64,000 nucleotides of DNA, taken from IMG/VR virus record IMGVR_UViG_3300037790_000020, one strand, 5' to 3'. The DNA is from an uncultured virus (IMG/VR IMGVR_UViG_3300037790_000020) (Duplodnaviria > Heunggongvirae > Uroviricota > Caudoviricetes). The notes beneath the pieces were generated by a model. It saw only the letters and a program-made list of their open reading frames with translations, was not told where the DNA came from and did not search any database. Below are positions 1 to 9,011 of the stretch, piece by piece; the stretch's first letter is position 1, and every line of letters starts with the position of its first letter. Made by a program: the position numbers and the translations under genes.

Positions 1-1378
1 TTTCCAAGACTTGGCTCGGTTCTTTGAAATCCAAAGGCATTAGAACATCTTTAATATTTTTCGTACCAGTATCAATCTCTCTAAACTCACCAAAACGAAT
101 AGGCATTTGCGAGTCCCGAGTAAATCGAACACCTTTAGCTCTAAATCCTCCTTGTAGGTTAGCAAATTGTCCTGAGTCAATTAAACTACGTAAAATAGAA
201 GTAAGCGCGAACTGGAAATTGCCAAGAATATGTATATAACCCATACCGTGAAACCCAAGTCCGGGAATTAACTGATAATGGGCATACCAAACTCTTTTTA
301 AACGAAGAGGGTCTTGCTCTTTCCAGTTACGTCTGATTGCTAAAACTTTGTTTCTCGAATCTTCAATTGTTACAATATATGGTAGAGCTCTTTCTGAACC
401 ATCATTATAAGGGACGGGTAATTTTAGATAACAGTGATGCTCTCTTAATTGGAATTTATTTGACCCAACACCGGAGCCATAGCCCATAGGGTCTCCTGTT
501 CCTTCTACAATAATATCTTGGTCTACTTCAGTAGGAGTAGAATTACCGGTAGGAGCTACGTCACTATGAATATCAGCTTCTAAACGAAAGCCATCGGAAT
601 ATTCATACTCGTCTACATTGATGTACTCACCTAGTTCTCCTAGATGTTCAAGTTCGTGTCTATCCAGTGTAAATAACTCAGTATGGAAATCAGTATCCCC
701 AATTGTAGATGCACTAGAATTAATAATGAATTTATCTTCTGTTAAATATTTAGTACGGGGTCTATTCTGAATTGGGTCAAAATAATATTTACGGTAAGCA
801 TTACCCGTTAAAGCATATCTCAAAGACATTTTTTCAGTATCAGCAATAAACTCTTTCATCTGATAGAGATATTGATAATCCATATAATTTCTTACACGAT
901 TACTAGTTGCTAAAGTTTCTTCATTGCTTTCTGTGATTAGGTAAGTGTCTACTAAACCTTTACCTGAGAATATTTCCCCCATAATTTTCGCCTGAGTTTT
1001 TAGGGCTGACTCCAAAATCAAAGGGTGGGTGATGGGGGAGGCACCGGGAAAAGGGTCGTCTAATTCTTCAATAGTTAAACCTAATTTACTTAATCCTAAA
1101 TTAATTCCTTCAAAGAAATCAGAATTAGAAGTTAAATCTTCTTGATATCTTTCTTGACAAAACTGTTGGATTTTAATAATAGTTTCATCATCGAGGAAAG
1201 CAGCTAGGTTAGCATTATGTTCGTTAGAATCTACATCTGCTTCAAGTTCTTCATCTTCTCTTTCGGAAAAGATAACTTCGATATTGCCATCGTCATCAGC
1301 GGGAAATAGTTCTATATCGAGTTCCTCATCTGGAGTCTCGAAATCTTTTTCTATAAGTTTGGATAATTCGTCAGCCAT
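1..1378 (-). CDS. Portal protein (3' end runs off the window start)
   Basis: Not in the ORF track. Hand translation from ATG at 1378 gives MADELSKLIEKDF...DDPFPGASPITHPLILESALKTQAKI... and later YQLIPGLGFHGMGYIHILG...DSGQFANLQGGFRAKGVR, motifs typical of podovirus portals. It lies directly downstream of terL. Confidence 0.88.
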   Translation of the reverse strand, partial: MADELSKLIEKDFETPDEELDIELFPADDDGNIEVIFSEREDEELEADVDSNEHNANLAAFLDDETIIKIQQFCQERYQEDLTSNSDFFEGINLGLSKLGLTIEELDDPFPGASPITHPLILESALKTQAKIMGEIFSGKGLVDTYLITESNEETLATSNRVRNYMDYQYLYQMKEFIADTEKMSLRYALTGNAYRKYYFDPIQNRPRTKYLTEDKFIINSSASTIGDTDFHTELFTLDRHELEHLGELGEYINVDEYEYSDGFRLEADIHSDVAPTGNSTPTEVDQDIIVEGTGDPMGYGSGVGSNKFQLREHHCYLKLPVPYNDGSERALPYIVTIEDSRNKVLAIRRNWKEQDPLRLKRVWYAHYQLIPGLGFHGMGYIHILGNFQFALTSILRSLIDSGQFANLQGGFRAKGVRFTRDSQMPIRFGEFREIDTGTKNIKDVLMPLDFKEPSQVLE

Positions 1379-1385
1379 AGTGATT

Positions 1386-1394
1386 AGTATATCA
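1386..1394 (-). promoter_or_regulatory. Extended -10 promoter element (TGaTATACT) 7 nt before the portal ATG
   Basis: Minus strand reads TGATATACT-AATCACT-ATG; no SD is present. Confidence 0.5.
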
Positions 1395-1420
1395 TTTAAT
1401 ATCTTGGATAGCTACTCGTT

Positions 1421-3076
1421 CTACCCCCGAAGGTAGCTTGATGTATAAGAGCCGCCGCCGATATAAAAATCGTCCTCTTCTTCCTCTTCTACTTCCTGAT
1501 ATAAGTAATCTTGGTCTGTTAATACGTTATTATCCCGGCAGAAAAGGAGGAATTGTGAAAATGCATCAGGAACATCATCATGGTTACCTCCGGGAAATGT
1601 ACATATTTCGGTTATAAAGTCTGTTGATTTAGTACAAACAGCAGCATCATCTTCTGGCATAGGCACCCAGATAATTCCACTCTTAACAAGAGGGGCAGCA
1701 GCCTGCATCCTCATAATTTTATCTTTTTCAGTCTTCCATCCATATACAGGAAGCCCCCTTTTTTGTAAATCGGGAACAAGGGATAAACCAGAAGAGCGTT
1801 CTTCAATAATAATTATATCTACTTTATCTTGTCTATACATATCCATAAATAAATTAACAAGTTCTGGATAGTCCCATTTACCTTTTTTAGAATTTAATAA
1901 GATGGCATGAGTTTTATAGATAGAATTTGGTGAATCATGGTCTTGATAATTAAATAAACCCCATAATTGATATGCAGTAAAATCGCTTTGAGTCCCTTTT
2001 GTATACGCGGTATCTGCGGTTACTATATAGGTGTGGCAATCCGGAGATGCTTCTTCTGTCCAATGTTTAAAATCGGAAGGATTAATCATTTGTCCTGATT
2101 CTGGAGTCGGATTTTGCATATAGACAGCATTCCACCGAGGCATATTGTTAATAAAAGAGGCGCGTAGCATCTCTAGTTTATTAGTTGGGTGAAATTCTGG
2201 CCAAAAGGAGGAATCTTTAACTAAATACCCTTCCGGGTCCCCCTCTTCTCGTAGATACTCGGAAGCTTCTTCATCTAAAAGAGCGGGAATCTTGATAATT
2301 TTCCACGGACTACCTGAATTTCTATCTTCTTTTTCTAAATAATCGAATAAATCGCCTTGTGTCCATCTTGTTCCTACTTGAAGTTCAGCACAATCGGGTG
2401 TCATTAACAAACGAGACCTTAGGTTGGGCATATATTGGCCTACCATACGCATACGTATAGGCTTAGAAAGAGCATCTTCTTCAACTAAAGCATCATCGCA
2501 GATAACAATATGACCACGACGACCAGCTATTTTGGCTTCGAGTGACGTACATACCATTTCACCACCTACTTTTGTTAGGAAACGGCCTGCTGTTTGTTTA
2601 TCCTCTCTTAATTCTGTAGAAGGAAAGATAACTTTAAATTCAGGAGAACGGACAATATCACGTATTTTGGCTCCGAACTCGTCTCTGGCGAACTCAATAC
2701 CATGTCCAACAAGAATAATTCTGATTTTCGGCCATCTTCCTAATAACCAAGAAGGGAAAAGCCTAGAACATAATTCCGACTTCATACCACCGGGGGGTAA
2801 AGAAATCATTTTTCTTGGAGTAAGTCCTGTTTTTCTCCAAATATTTTCTCCTAATTCTTGTAGTTCTTGGCAGATTCTTTGAATATGTCTTCCAGTTTGA
2901 AAACCTTCAATACGAGTAGGCCCCATTAAGAGCACATAATGATAAAAGCTTTCTCTAGCCATAGAAATGGCTTCATTTTCTAAAAACTTTGTTATTTCAT
3001 CGACTGCTTCTTTTGGGAGTTCTTCAAGGTTTACACCTGAAATAAATTCTAAATATTCTTCTTTAGTTTGAAACAC
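1421..3076 (-). CDS. terL: Terminase large subunit
   Basis: Walker A-like MISLPPGGMKSEL, Walker B GRRGHIVICDD, TRW coupling motif, YMQNP, and RNase H-fold nuclease motifs TADTAY...SDFTA, IIIEERSSG, FPGGNHDDVPDA. Confidence 0.95.
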   Translation of the reverse strand: MFQTKEEYLEFISGVNLEELPKEAVDEITKFLENEAISMARESFYHYVLLMGPTRIEGFQTGRHIQRICQELQELGENIWRKTGLTPRKMISLPPGGMKSELCSRLFPSWLLGRWPKIRIILVGHGIEFARDEFGAKIRDIVRSPEFKVIFPSTELREDKQTAGRFLTKVGGEMVCTSLEAKIAGRRGHIVICDDALVEEDALSKPIRMRMVGQYMPNLRSRLLMTPDCAELQVGTRWTQGDLFDYLEKEDRNSGSPWKIIKIPALLDEEASEYLREEGDPEGYLVKDSSFWPEFHPTNKLEMLRASFINNMPRWNAVYMQNPTPESGQMINPSDFKHWTEEASPDCHTYIVTADTAYTKGTQSDFTAYQLWGLFNYQDHDSPNSIYKTHAILLNSKKGKWDYPELVNLFMDMYRQDKVDIIIIEERSSGLSLVPDLQKRGLPVYGWKTEKDKIMRMQAAAPLVKSGIIWVPMPEDDAAVCTKSTDFITEICTFPGGNHDDVPDAFSQFLLFCRDNNVLTDQDYLYQEVEEEEEDDFYIGGGSYTSSYLRG

Positions 3077-3698
3077 TTTTAGATTTCTTCTCTAACCACT
3101 TTTTTTCTTTATTTTAATGGGGTTCTCCTTAAAATAGAATACGCTATTATAAAATAATTTGTCAAATTAATTTAAAAGGAGAGAAATATATTTACTATAG
3201 TATAGTTAACTACTGACGCGAGAGACAATCTGTATAGAAACACTTAAGTAATACTGAAGAGTTTTATCAGAAGGGAGGATTATACTGAGTAATTTATAGT
3301 GAAGTCTTTTTATTTGTCTGTCTCACCCTTTTAAGCGCTCACCCCTTTGAAGGGGATTCGCTTTAAGGAGTATGTGGGTATTGGTATGGAATAATTGAAA
3401 AACTAGTTACTCGAAGAATTAATCACTGATGTAGTTCAGTAGAGAACGTATTAAATGAGAAAGCTGAAAGTTATAAGAGAATTAAGTTGATTAACTGAGT
3501 CAAAGAGTTTATAGATATCTACTCACTGATAGTCAATCTCATAGATAGTCTATATCATAGTAGGAATGTATATATAGTGTATCACATACTTTTTGGAATT
3601 AGGGTGTTTTTAGTACTTAACTAATTGAAATTACAGGTATAAAAAAAGACTTGACAGCTTTTTTGAAAATAGGTGATTTTTGCTAATTTCTCGGATAT

Positions 3699-4364
3699 TT
3701 AGTTAACTTTATTAGGGTCTTTTGGTACTAAATCAGTTTGAATAAGAGAGGAAAGACGCTTAGCTGATTTAGCCCATTCTTCCTCTTCTTCCCCACGGAA
3801 TAATCCCTTCACTTCTAATTGTTGTTTAACAACGTAAGCTTCAGCACCATTAATCTTATCTATCTGCTTTTGGGCTTCAATGGCTACTTTAATCTCACCT
3901 TGTTCCATAGCATTGTTATAGATTTCATTCCATCTAATTAAGGATTCTTGTGGGTCTACCAGTTTAGCAGCATAGGCTCTTTCTGTTTTAAGCTCTTCAA
4001 TCCTTTCTTTGATATGAGGCATTTGCATTAATTCGTATCCTCTTTGACGGGGGTTAGAATCGTTAGGGTAAGCAATACGAGCTGAATCAGTTTGGTTACG
4101 ACCATCTGCTCTTAACTTACAAAAGTATTCTTGTTCATCAGAATTAACCAATGCCCTCCCCCTTTTATTTACAGGTTTTAAAGAAGCCTTCAAAGTAGCT
4201 TTAGTTTTCTCTAGGCCGTAAACCTTCTTTTCTGTGTTAGAGGATTTCAGCGCCGGAGAAAGCTGTTTACTTTCTTCCTTATCATCCTCAAGGATTTTCT
4301 TTTCATCGCCATCAGTGAGCTTTATTTGGCCTTCTAGGGCTATATTTTCGTTATCTTTATCCAT
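3699..4364 (-). CDS. terS: Terminase small subunit
   Basis: HTH-like QEYFC...GRNQTDSARIAY...GYELMQMPHIKERIEEL and AIEAQKQIDKING; upstream of terL on the same strand. Confidence 0.75.
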   Translation of the reverse strand: MDKDNENIALEGQIKLTDGDEKKILEDDKEESKQLSPALKSSNTEKKVYGLEKTKATLKASLKPVNKRGRALVNSDEQEYFCKLRADGRNQTDSARIAYPNDSNPRQRGYELMQMPHIKERIEELKTERAYAAKLVDPQESLIRWNEIYNNAMEQGEIKVAIEAQKQIDKINGAEAYVVKQQLEVKGLFRGEEEEEWAKSAKRLSSLIQTDLVPKDPNKVN

Positions 4365-4370
4365 ACAACT

Positions 4371-4400
4371 ATTGTAAAGGATAGTAAGGGGTTAATACAA
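4371..4400 (-). promoter_or_regulatory. Sigma70-like promoter for terS (TTGTAT-18-TACAAT), 6 nt before the ATG
   Basis: Minus strand reads TTGTAT...TACAAT-AGTTGT-ATG. Confidence 0.45.
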
Positions 4401-4792
4401 GTATGTTTTAGGTATGTATTCCTATTATAGGTATAGGTGGGTTTGAACCCAAATGAAAAAATTGTCCGATTGTGGGGAGTGCTACATATACTATATAACA
4501 AGCCCCCCTCTTTTTCTCCCCTCCCCCTCCTGTTTAACATATATATGATAACCTTTCCATAATTATTCGAGTGACTTATGTAAATCTATGACGTAGTTAT
4601 GACAATGGTATAGATATACTATAGCTATGCGTTCTTTGCATAGATTGTTATGGGAATACGAGAGAAGATAGGACTATAATCCTAGTTATACATGATAGTG
4701 TTACTCTATGATTATGACAACTATATGTAGTAGGTATTATGACAACGACATACTAGGGCTGGTAAGGGTGTGAATGTTGAGGTGCGACACAA

Positions 4793-4856
4793 TAAGACTG
4801 TATTCCTATAAGACTGTATTCCTATAAGACTACATTCCTATGAGACTATATTCCTA
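4793..4856. repeat. Four tandem 16-bp repeats
   Basis: TAAGACTGTATTCCTA twice, then TAAGACTACATTCCTA and TGAGACTATATTCCTA, head to tail with no spacers. Confidence 0.95.
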
Positions 4857-5164
4857 ACCCTAATCATCTACATAACATGGCATTAGGCAACTAACAATAG
4901 ATGTTTACTACCAACTATAATACTTGGTAACAAACACTTGTTATCTACCAACCAATATATACTTACCTACCACCAACCGTTGACACTAACCAACCAATAC
5001 AAGGGTTATACTATGGCCTATAAAAGAGGGAAATAAACATAGGAATCTAATCCTAATTAGTCTTAGTTATGACAAGTAACACCAATATTGAAACATAATT
5101 ACTCGGATAAGCTAAACAAAGACACATTATTACAAACTTTCTTTTATCTTTTTATGATTGTTGC

Positions 5165-5192
5165 TTGCTTTTATCTGTGGTTTTGCTATTCT
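5165..5192 (+). promoter_or_regulatory. Probable major early promoter (TTGCTT-16-TATTCT with extended TG)
   Basis: TTGCTT at 5165-5170, TGc then TATTCT at 5187-5192, at the start of the plus-strand gene block. Confidence 0.55.
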
Positions 5193-5246
5193 GATGACAC
5201 TGGAGCGGAGCATAGGGCAGACGCTCAAAGACAAAGGATTAAGAAC

Positions 5247-5402
5247 ATGGCTCAAGGGCTGGTTTTAGATTACTATACAAATGGCGGCAAGAAGGATAAT
5301 GCCTTAAATAAATACTTCGATATGCCGGAGACTGTAACACGGGGCGGTAAGCCTGTGAACATTGCTGAGCATAACGCCCGCATACTGGGTAAGCGCAAGT
5401 AA
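5247..5402 (+). CDS. Small early hypothetical protein (51 aa)
   Basis: AAGGA SD then ATG at 5247 (MAQGLVLDYY...GKRK); shorter form of the track's 5088..5402 ORF. Confidence 0.55.
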   Translation: MAQGLVLDYYTNGGKKDNALNKYFDMPETVTRGGKPVNIAEHNARILGKRK

Positions 5403-5772
5403 GTTTCCATAACTAGTCCATTACGGTGGGCTATGATATGTAAACTACGGTGAGCATACGCGATACCTGCGTCAATGGTAAGAAGGTGCAATAACAAGAG
5501 TGCCGTGATAAAAACCCTTGTTGGATACGCGCTAGTGAAGCGTTAAGCCGAAGGACAGGACTCTATACCGTTTATGGAAAATAGGTGCGAGTGCAAAGGG
5601 GATTGAAACATATCGCCAAGGGTCAGAGAGTTAATTACTCCTTTTTAACAGGCAGTCTATTGGCAGTATAAGATAGGACACAGCTTAACCATTGAGCGTC
5701 CGATGTATTGATTACGTAAAATGTAAAAGACATACTCAAGGCACGTGGGATAGACTGTCTATTAAAACGGAG
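5402..5772 (+). ncRNA. Candidate structured RNA or RNase III-type processing region
   Basis: Imperfect hairpin 5402-5446 with a UACG loop; ACCCTTG/CAAGGGT stem; 24-nt arms 5638-5661 and 5749-5772 pair at 22/24 positions including G-U. Confidence 0.55.
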
Positions 5773-5779
5773 GATTATT

Positions 5780-5962
5780 ATGACAACACTAGACATGAGT
5801 AAAGAAGCAAAGGCAAAACGTAAAGCCCAAGGCATTGAATGCGCGGGTCGCTATACTATGCGCGAGTTAAAAGAATTACGTAAAAATGCCAGACTTATGG
5901 ACGATAAAGAAGAAATATCCATACTTAATTGGGCTTGTTTACATAAAGCAGGAGCATTCTGA
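5780..5962 (+). CDS. Early hypothetical protein
   Basis: GGAGG SD, 60 aa. Confidence 0.65.
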   Translation: MTTLDMSKEAKAKRKAQGIECAGRYTMRELKELRKNARLMDDKEEISILNWACLHKAGAF

Positions 5963-5969
5963 AGAACAA

Positions 5970-6152
5970 ATGGAAATACATATAAAATGGTTAGATGATT
6001 CTAAAGTAATTCAATTAGAAGTACGTAAACAAGGGGTAAAACCTAAGCTTTACCAGCAAACTACTAAAGCTAGTAGCGAAAACGTGCGTACACTATTCGA
6101 TAAACTAATACGCAGTATAACAAAGATAATGAAAGAACATGACTATGATTAA
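5970..6152 (+). CDS. Early hypothetical protein
   Basis: ATG at 5970 (MEIHIKW...) avoids overlapping the previous gene. Confidence 0.5.
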   Translation: MEIHIKWLDDSKVIQLEVRKQGVKPKLYQQTTKASSENVRTLFDKLIRSITKIMKEHDYD

Positions 6153-6381
6153 CATACAGTTAGTAAGTAATAAAACCAATAGGAAAAGGTTTATTGGTAC
6201 TGCAAACGGTATTAATAATGCTCGTATTATGGGCAAGGCTATACTCGAAGATTTAGCTATGGTACAAGATTGCAGGGTTGAGTTATGGGATGAACACAAC
6301 ACTAAATGTTTTGAAACATTACGTAAACCATTAGGTATTTTAGAGCAAAAAGAGATAAACGATAGAAAGTATGGAGAATAA
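6139..6381 (+). CDS. Early hypothetical protein
   Basis: Tiles with its neighbours on the plus strand. Confidence 0.55.
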   Translation: MTMINIQLVSNKTNRKRFIGTANGINNARIMGKAILEDLAMVQDCRVELWDEHNTKCFETLRKPLGILEQKEINDRKYGE

Positions 6382-6382
6382 T

Positions 6383-6847
6383 ATGACAAACAAACAAGAT
6401 AATAGACCAGCAGTAGGTAGCGGCGTTTGGGCTGGCAGTACAGCCGAAACATATATCATCTTTGCTAGCGACCTTGACTATATGGATACTACTGGCCTTA
6501 TGGAAAACCATGGCATTAGATATAAACCATTACAAGGTAGCTATGTTATGGAAAGTACAGGCGAACAGATTATTGAAAACTCCTATATTATTAACAGCCG
6601 TGACTTAGAAACTATTGCTGGATTAGGTGTGATAGATAATCAAGAGTCTATCCTACACTTGAGTACAGGTGATTTCTTTCAGCAAGGTAAACGCCGCGCT
6701 TCCCTTGTCTACTATGGTAAAGATAAACCTAGTATTGACTTAGGTTATCTCACACCAGTATCGGAGGAAGAGGCAAAAGCAAAAGACTATTGGACAAGAG
6801 ATTTAACGGATAACCAGTATTACATCACGAAAGAAGAGGATAAATAA
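6383..6847 (+). CDS. S-adenosylmethionine lyase (T3 SAMase family), anti-restriction
   Basis: GSYVMESTGEQIIENSYII, NQESILHL, RASLVYY and LGYLTPVSEEEA...WTRD align by eye with T3 SAMase blocks (GCYRE..EEKT, EQDCVLV, AGLVY, FTID). Early position; GGAG SD before ATG 6383. Confidence 0.75.
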   Translation: MTNKQDNRPAVGSGVWAGSTAETYIIFASDLDYMDTTGLMENHGIRYKPLQGSYVMESTGEQIIENSYIINSRDLETIAGLGVIDNQESILHLSTGDFFQQGKRRASLVYYGKDKPSIDLGYLTPVSEEEAKAKDYWTRDLTDNQYYITKEEDK

Positions 6848-6852
6848 CCAAT

Positions 6853-7206
6853 ATGAAACTAACAAAAGGTGAAATACTAGCATTGCAGCACAGAATTGAA
6901 GTGCCGGAATGTATTTTCGAAAGCATTGGCCGTGGTGATAGCTGGACAGAAATTGATTATGAATTTGACCGCGCCATAGATAATGTTTCAACACAAATGG
7001 AACGTGGTTATGTTGTTACAGAAGCTTTGAGTGACCTTGAAAAACAAATTTTAGGTGATTGTCTGGACTGTGGTACTTACTGGCAATGTCATGAAATAGA
7101 ATCATCACAGAAACGGGCGGCTGTGGAAAAGATTGGATGGAATTTGGTTGATAAATTTGAAGCCAATGGTATTCCGGTGTGCCGTGATTTGCTGATTTTT
7201 AGATAG
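6853..7206 (+). CDS. Early hypothetical protein
   Basis: GAGGA SD, 117 aa. Confidence 0.65.
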   Translation: MKLTKGEILALQHRIEVPECIFESIGRGDSWTEIDYEFDRAIDNVSTQMERGYVVTEALSDLEKQILGDCLDCGTYWQCHEIESSQKRAAVEKIGWNLVDKFEANGIPVCRDLLIFR

Positions 7207-7265
7207 GGTAAGGACATTAGGAGAGGCGAAAGCAAAGACTATTAGAGAAGAAAAGGATAAATAAT

Positions 7266-7640
7266 ATGAATACCAGACAGATATTTGAAAAGGTTCGTGA
7301 CCATTTACTCGAGCAAAAGGAAAAGGCTTACGATGAGAGTAAAGATATGTGTTTGTACCGGGCACCTAATGGTAACAAATGTGCGATTGGTGCCTTGATT
7401 AAAGATGAATATTATGACCTGGGATTTGAGGGTTTAGGCATCTTCCAGTTAGCAGATGACTATAAGTCACCAAACGTTTATATCGAAAAGTTTAGACAGG
7501 CGTTATGTAAATCATTAGGTGTTGACTTTCTTTCTGAGGAAGTACGTTTAATGTTAAATGACTTACAGATAATCCATGATGAAGATGAGCCGACCTATTG
7601 GCAAGAAGCACTTAATCGATATGAAGTTAATTACTTTTAA
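7266..7640 (+). CDS. Conserved phage hypothetical protein
   Basis: CLYRAPNGNKCAIGALI...LQIIHD pattern recognised from phage early proteins; function unknown. Confidence 0.7.
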   Translation: MNTRQIFEKVRDHLLEQKEKAYDESKDMCLYRAPNGNKCAIGALIKDEYYDLGFEGLGIFQLADDYKSPNVYIEKFRQALCKSLGVDFLSEEVRLMLNDLQIIHDEDEPTYWQEALNRYEVNYF

Positions 7641-7730
7641 CAAAAAAAGAAAGATGATACGGAAACTAGTGGGTTATATGTACGGGTGTGAAGCAGATAT
7701 TATATGTGAATTAAAAGGGAGATTTGGTAT

Positions 7731-7910
7731 ATGACAAAGCCCCTCGAATGTACTCCTGACCAGCATGACCATTTACATAATGCAGTGAATGAGTCACGTA
7801 AGAACGCTAAGTTTGTAAAGGTGGATAGACAAGCATTATGGAATCTATTGCAAGACCATCATCGGTTGATAGAAGACCATACAATTAAATTTACAGAATA
7901 CCGAAAATAA
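7731..7910 (+). CDS. Small hypothetical protein (59 aa)
   Basis: Below the track cutoff; GGGAG SD, MTKPLECTPDQHDHLHNAVNESRKNAKFVKVDRQALWNLLQDH. Confidence 0.6.
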   Translation: MTKPLECTPDQHDHLHNAVNESRKNAKFVKVDRQALWNLLQDHHRLIEDHTIKFTEYRK

Positions 7911-7923
7911 TAGGAGATTTAAA

Positions 7924-8217
7924 ATGGAAACAAATACTTTAGAGAATTGGGATGAAATAAATAAATGGATTGTAGAAAAGAATATTCCTGTGTCTGAAAG
8001 TGATGTTAAAAACCTATCAGAATTACGAAATGATTATTCGAATAAAGCTTTTTGGGATTATGGTGTGTTTAAAGTAGCCAATAAAGCTTTTTCTATTTAT
8101 GAACCACATGGAATTAGTGTTAGTGATAATTTAAATTGTTATATTATTTATGGTCATGAAACTATTATTTTAATAGATAGAGATACTTATGAATCAGAAG
8201 AAATCCGTACACGTTAA
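7924..8217 (+). CDS. Hypothetical protein
   Basis: AGGAG SD, 97 aa. Confidence 0.65.
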   Translation: METNTLENWDEINKWIVEKNIPVSESDVKNLSELRNDYSNKAFWDYGVFKVANKAFSIYEPHGISVSDNLNCYIIYGHETIILIDRDTYESEEIRTR

Positions 8218-8232
8218 AAGAGGAAATAAATT

Positions 8233-8505
8233 ATGAAAAATAAAGTAATTCAATTTCCTACTGACTTAGTACAGGCGGAAGCTAAAATCGACCGCGCCCA
8301 TAATGAATGGTTAAGAGTACGTAAAAAGCAACTTACTAAGCGCGTATGTAAAGTTTCCATAATGTGTAGAAATACGCATTGGCGCACTGCCTGTTCTCAT
8401 ATAACTGCACAGGTGTTCTTCCCTCAATTTGGTGTTATGGAAACCTTTCCTTCTATATTTGATGGGCGTAGTGGCCTTATGGATATCTATGACGATTATA
8501 TTTAA
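8233..8505 (+). CDS. Hypothetical protein
   Basis: GAGGA SD, 90 aa. Confidence 0.6.
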   Translation: MKNKVIQFPTDLVQAEAKIDRAHNEWLRVRKKQLTKRVCKVSIMCRNTHWRTACSHITAQVFFPQFGVMETFPSIFDGRSGLMDIYDDYI

Positions 8506-8525
8506 TGTAAAAAAAGGAAAATATA

Positions 8526-8744
8526 ATGCTTTACTATATAATGTTTTACTATTTCGTAATTACTATTTTAATTATTTTTGGGATATTAGGATTTTTTAAG
8601 ATTACATCTATTTGGGCTAGATTTATTGTAGAAAAAGATTTACCTACTTTTGTATTTTTCCTGCCCATTATTTTGATATATTTAGTTTCCTTCACGTTAT
8701 TGTTAAGTGAGGCTGACCCCTTTAACCTGATTCAAGAAAGATGA
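8526..8744 (+). CDS. Small membrane protein (two hydrophobic segments)
   Basis: AAGGA SD; two long hydrophobic stretches. Confidence 0.55.
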   Translation: MLYYIMFYYFVITILIIFGILGFFKITSIWARFIVEKDLPTFVFFLPIILIYLVSFTLLLSEADPFNLIQER

Positions 8745-9011
8745 TAGCGATATGTTAAACTGGATTTTAATAAGTCAAATGGACTGGAAAGCAGAACCTT
8801 TTCTAATTTTTGCTGGTATTTTATTAGGACTAGTATTAATTGTTGCTGTATTGGAGTACTTTGAATGAAAGATTTTTATGAAAGACAGAATGCTACTCAA
8901 ACAAAGATAAATATGAAAGAAAATTGCGTATTTAAAAAAAGTGTTGTATTTGGGATAATTTCATGTATTGTGTTGTTCATTATAACTGTCTATCTAATTT
9001 AGGAGAAAGCT

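Noticed and set aside
24..239. Plus-strand 71-aa ORF in the track
   Set aside because: Antisense to the portal gene, which the track missed because it runs off the window.
3074..3130. Strong SD (AAGGAG) plus ATT in frame with terL but interrupted by TAG, suggesting readthrough or stop-codon recoding
   Set aside because: TAG is a real stop elsewhere (terL, GATase 2, nrdA), long genes are intact under the standard code, and no suppressor tRNA is seen; a single instance may be chance.
4793..4856. Possible mini-CRISPR array
   Set aside because: Repeats are 16 bp, directly abutting, with no spacers; the Cas4-like nuclease sits in the replication block with no other cas genes.
4980..5012. TTGACA...TATACT promoter
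   Set aside because: The spacer is 21 bp, too long for a simple sigma70 promoter.
5088..5246. 5' extension of the ORF ending at 5402
   Set aside because: TTG start overlapping the likely early promoter; ATG 5247 has a better SD.
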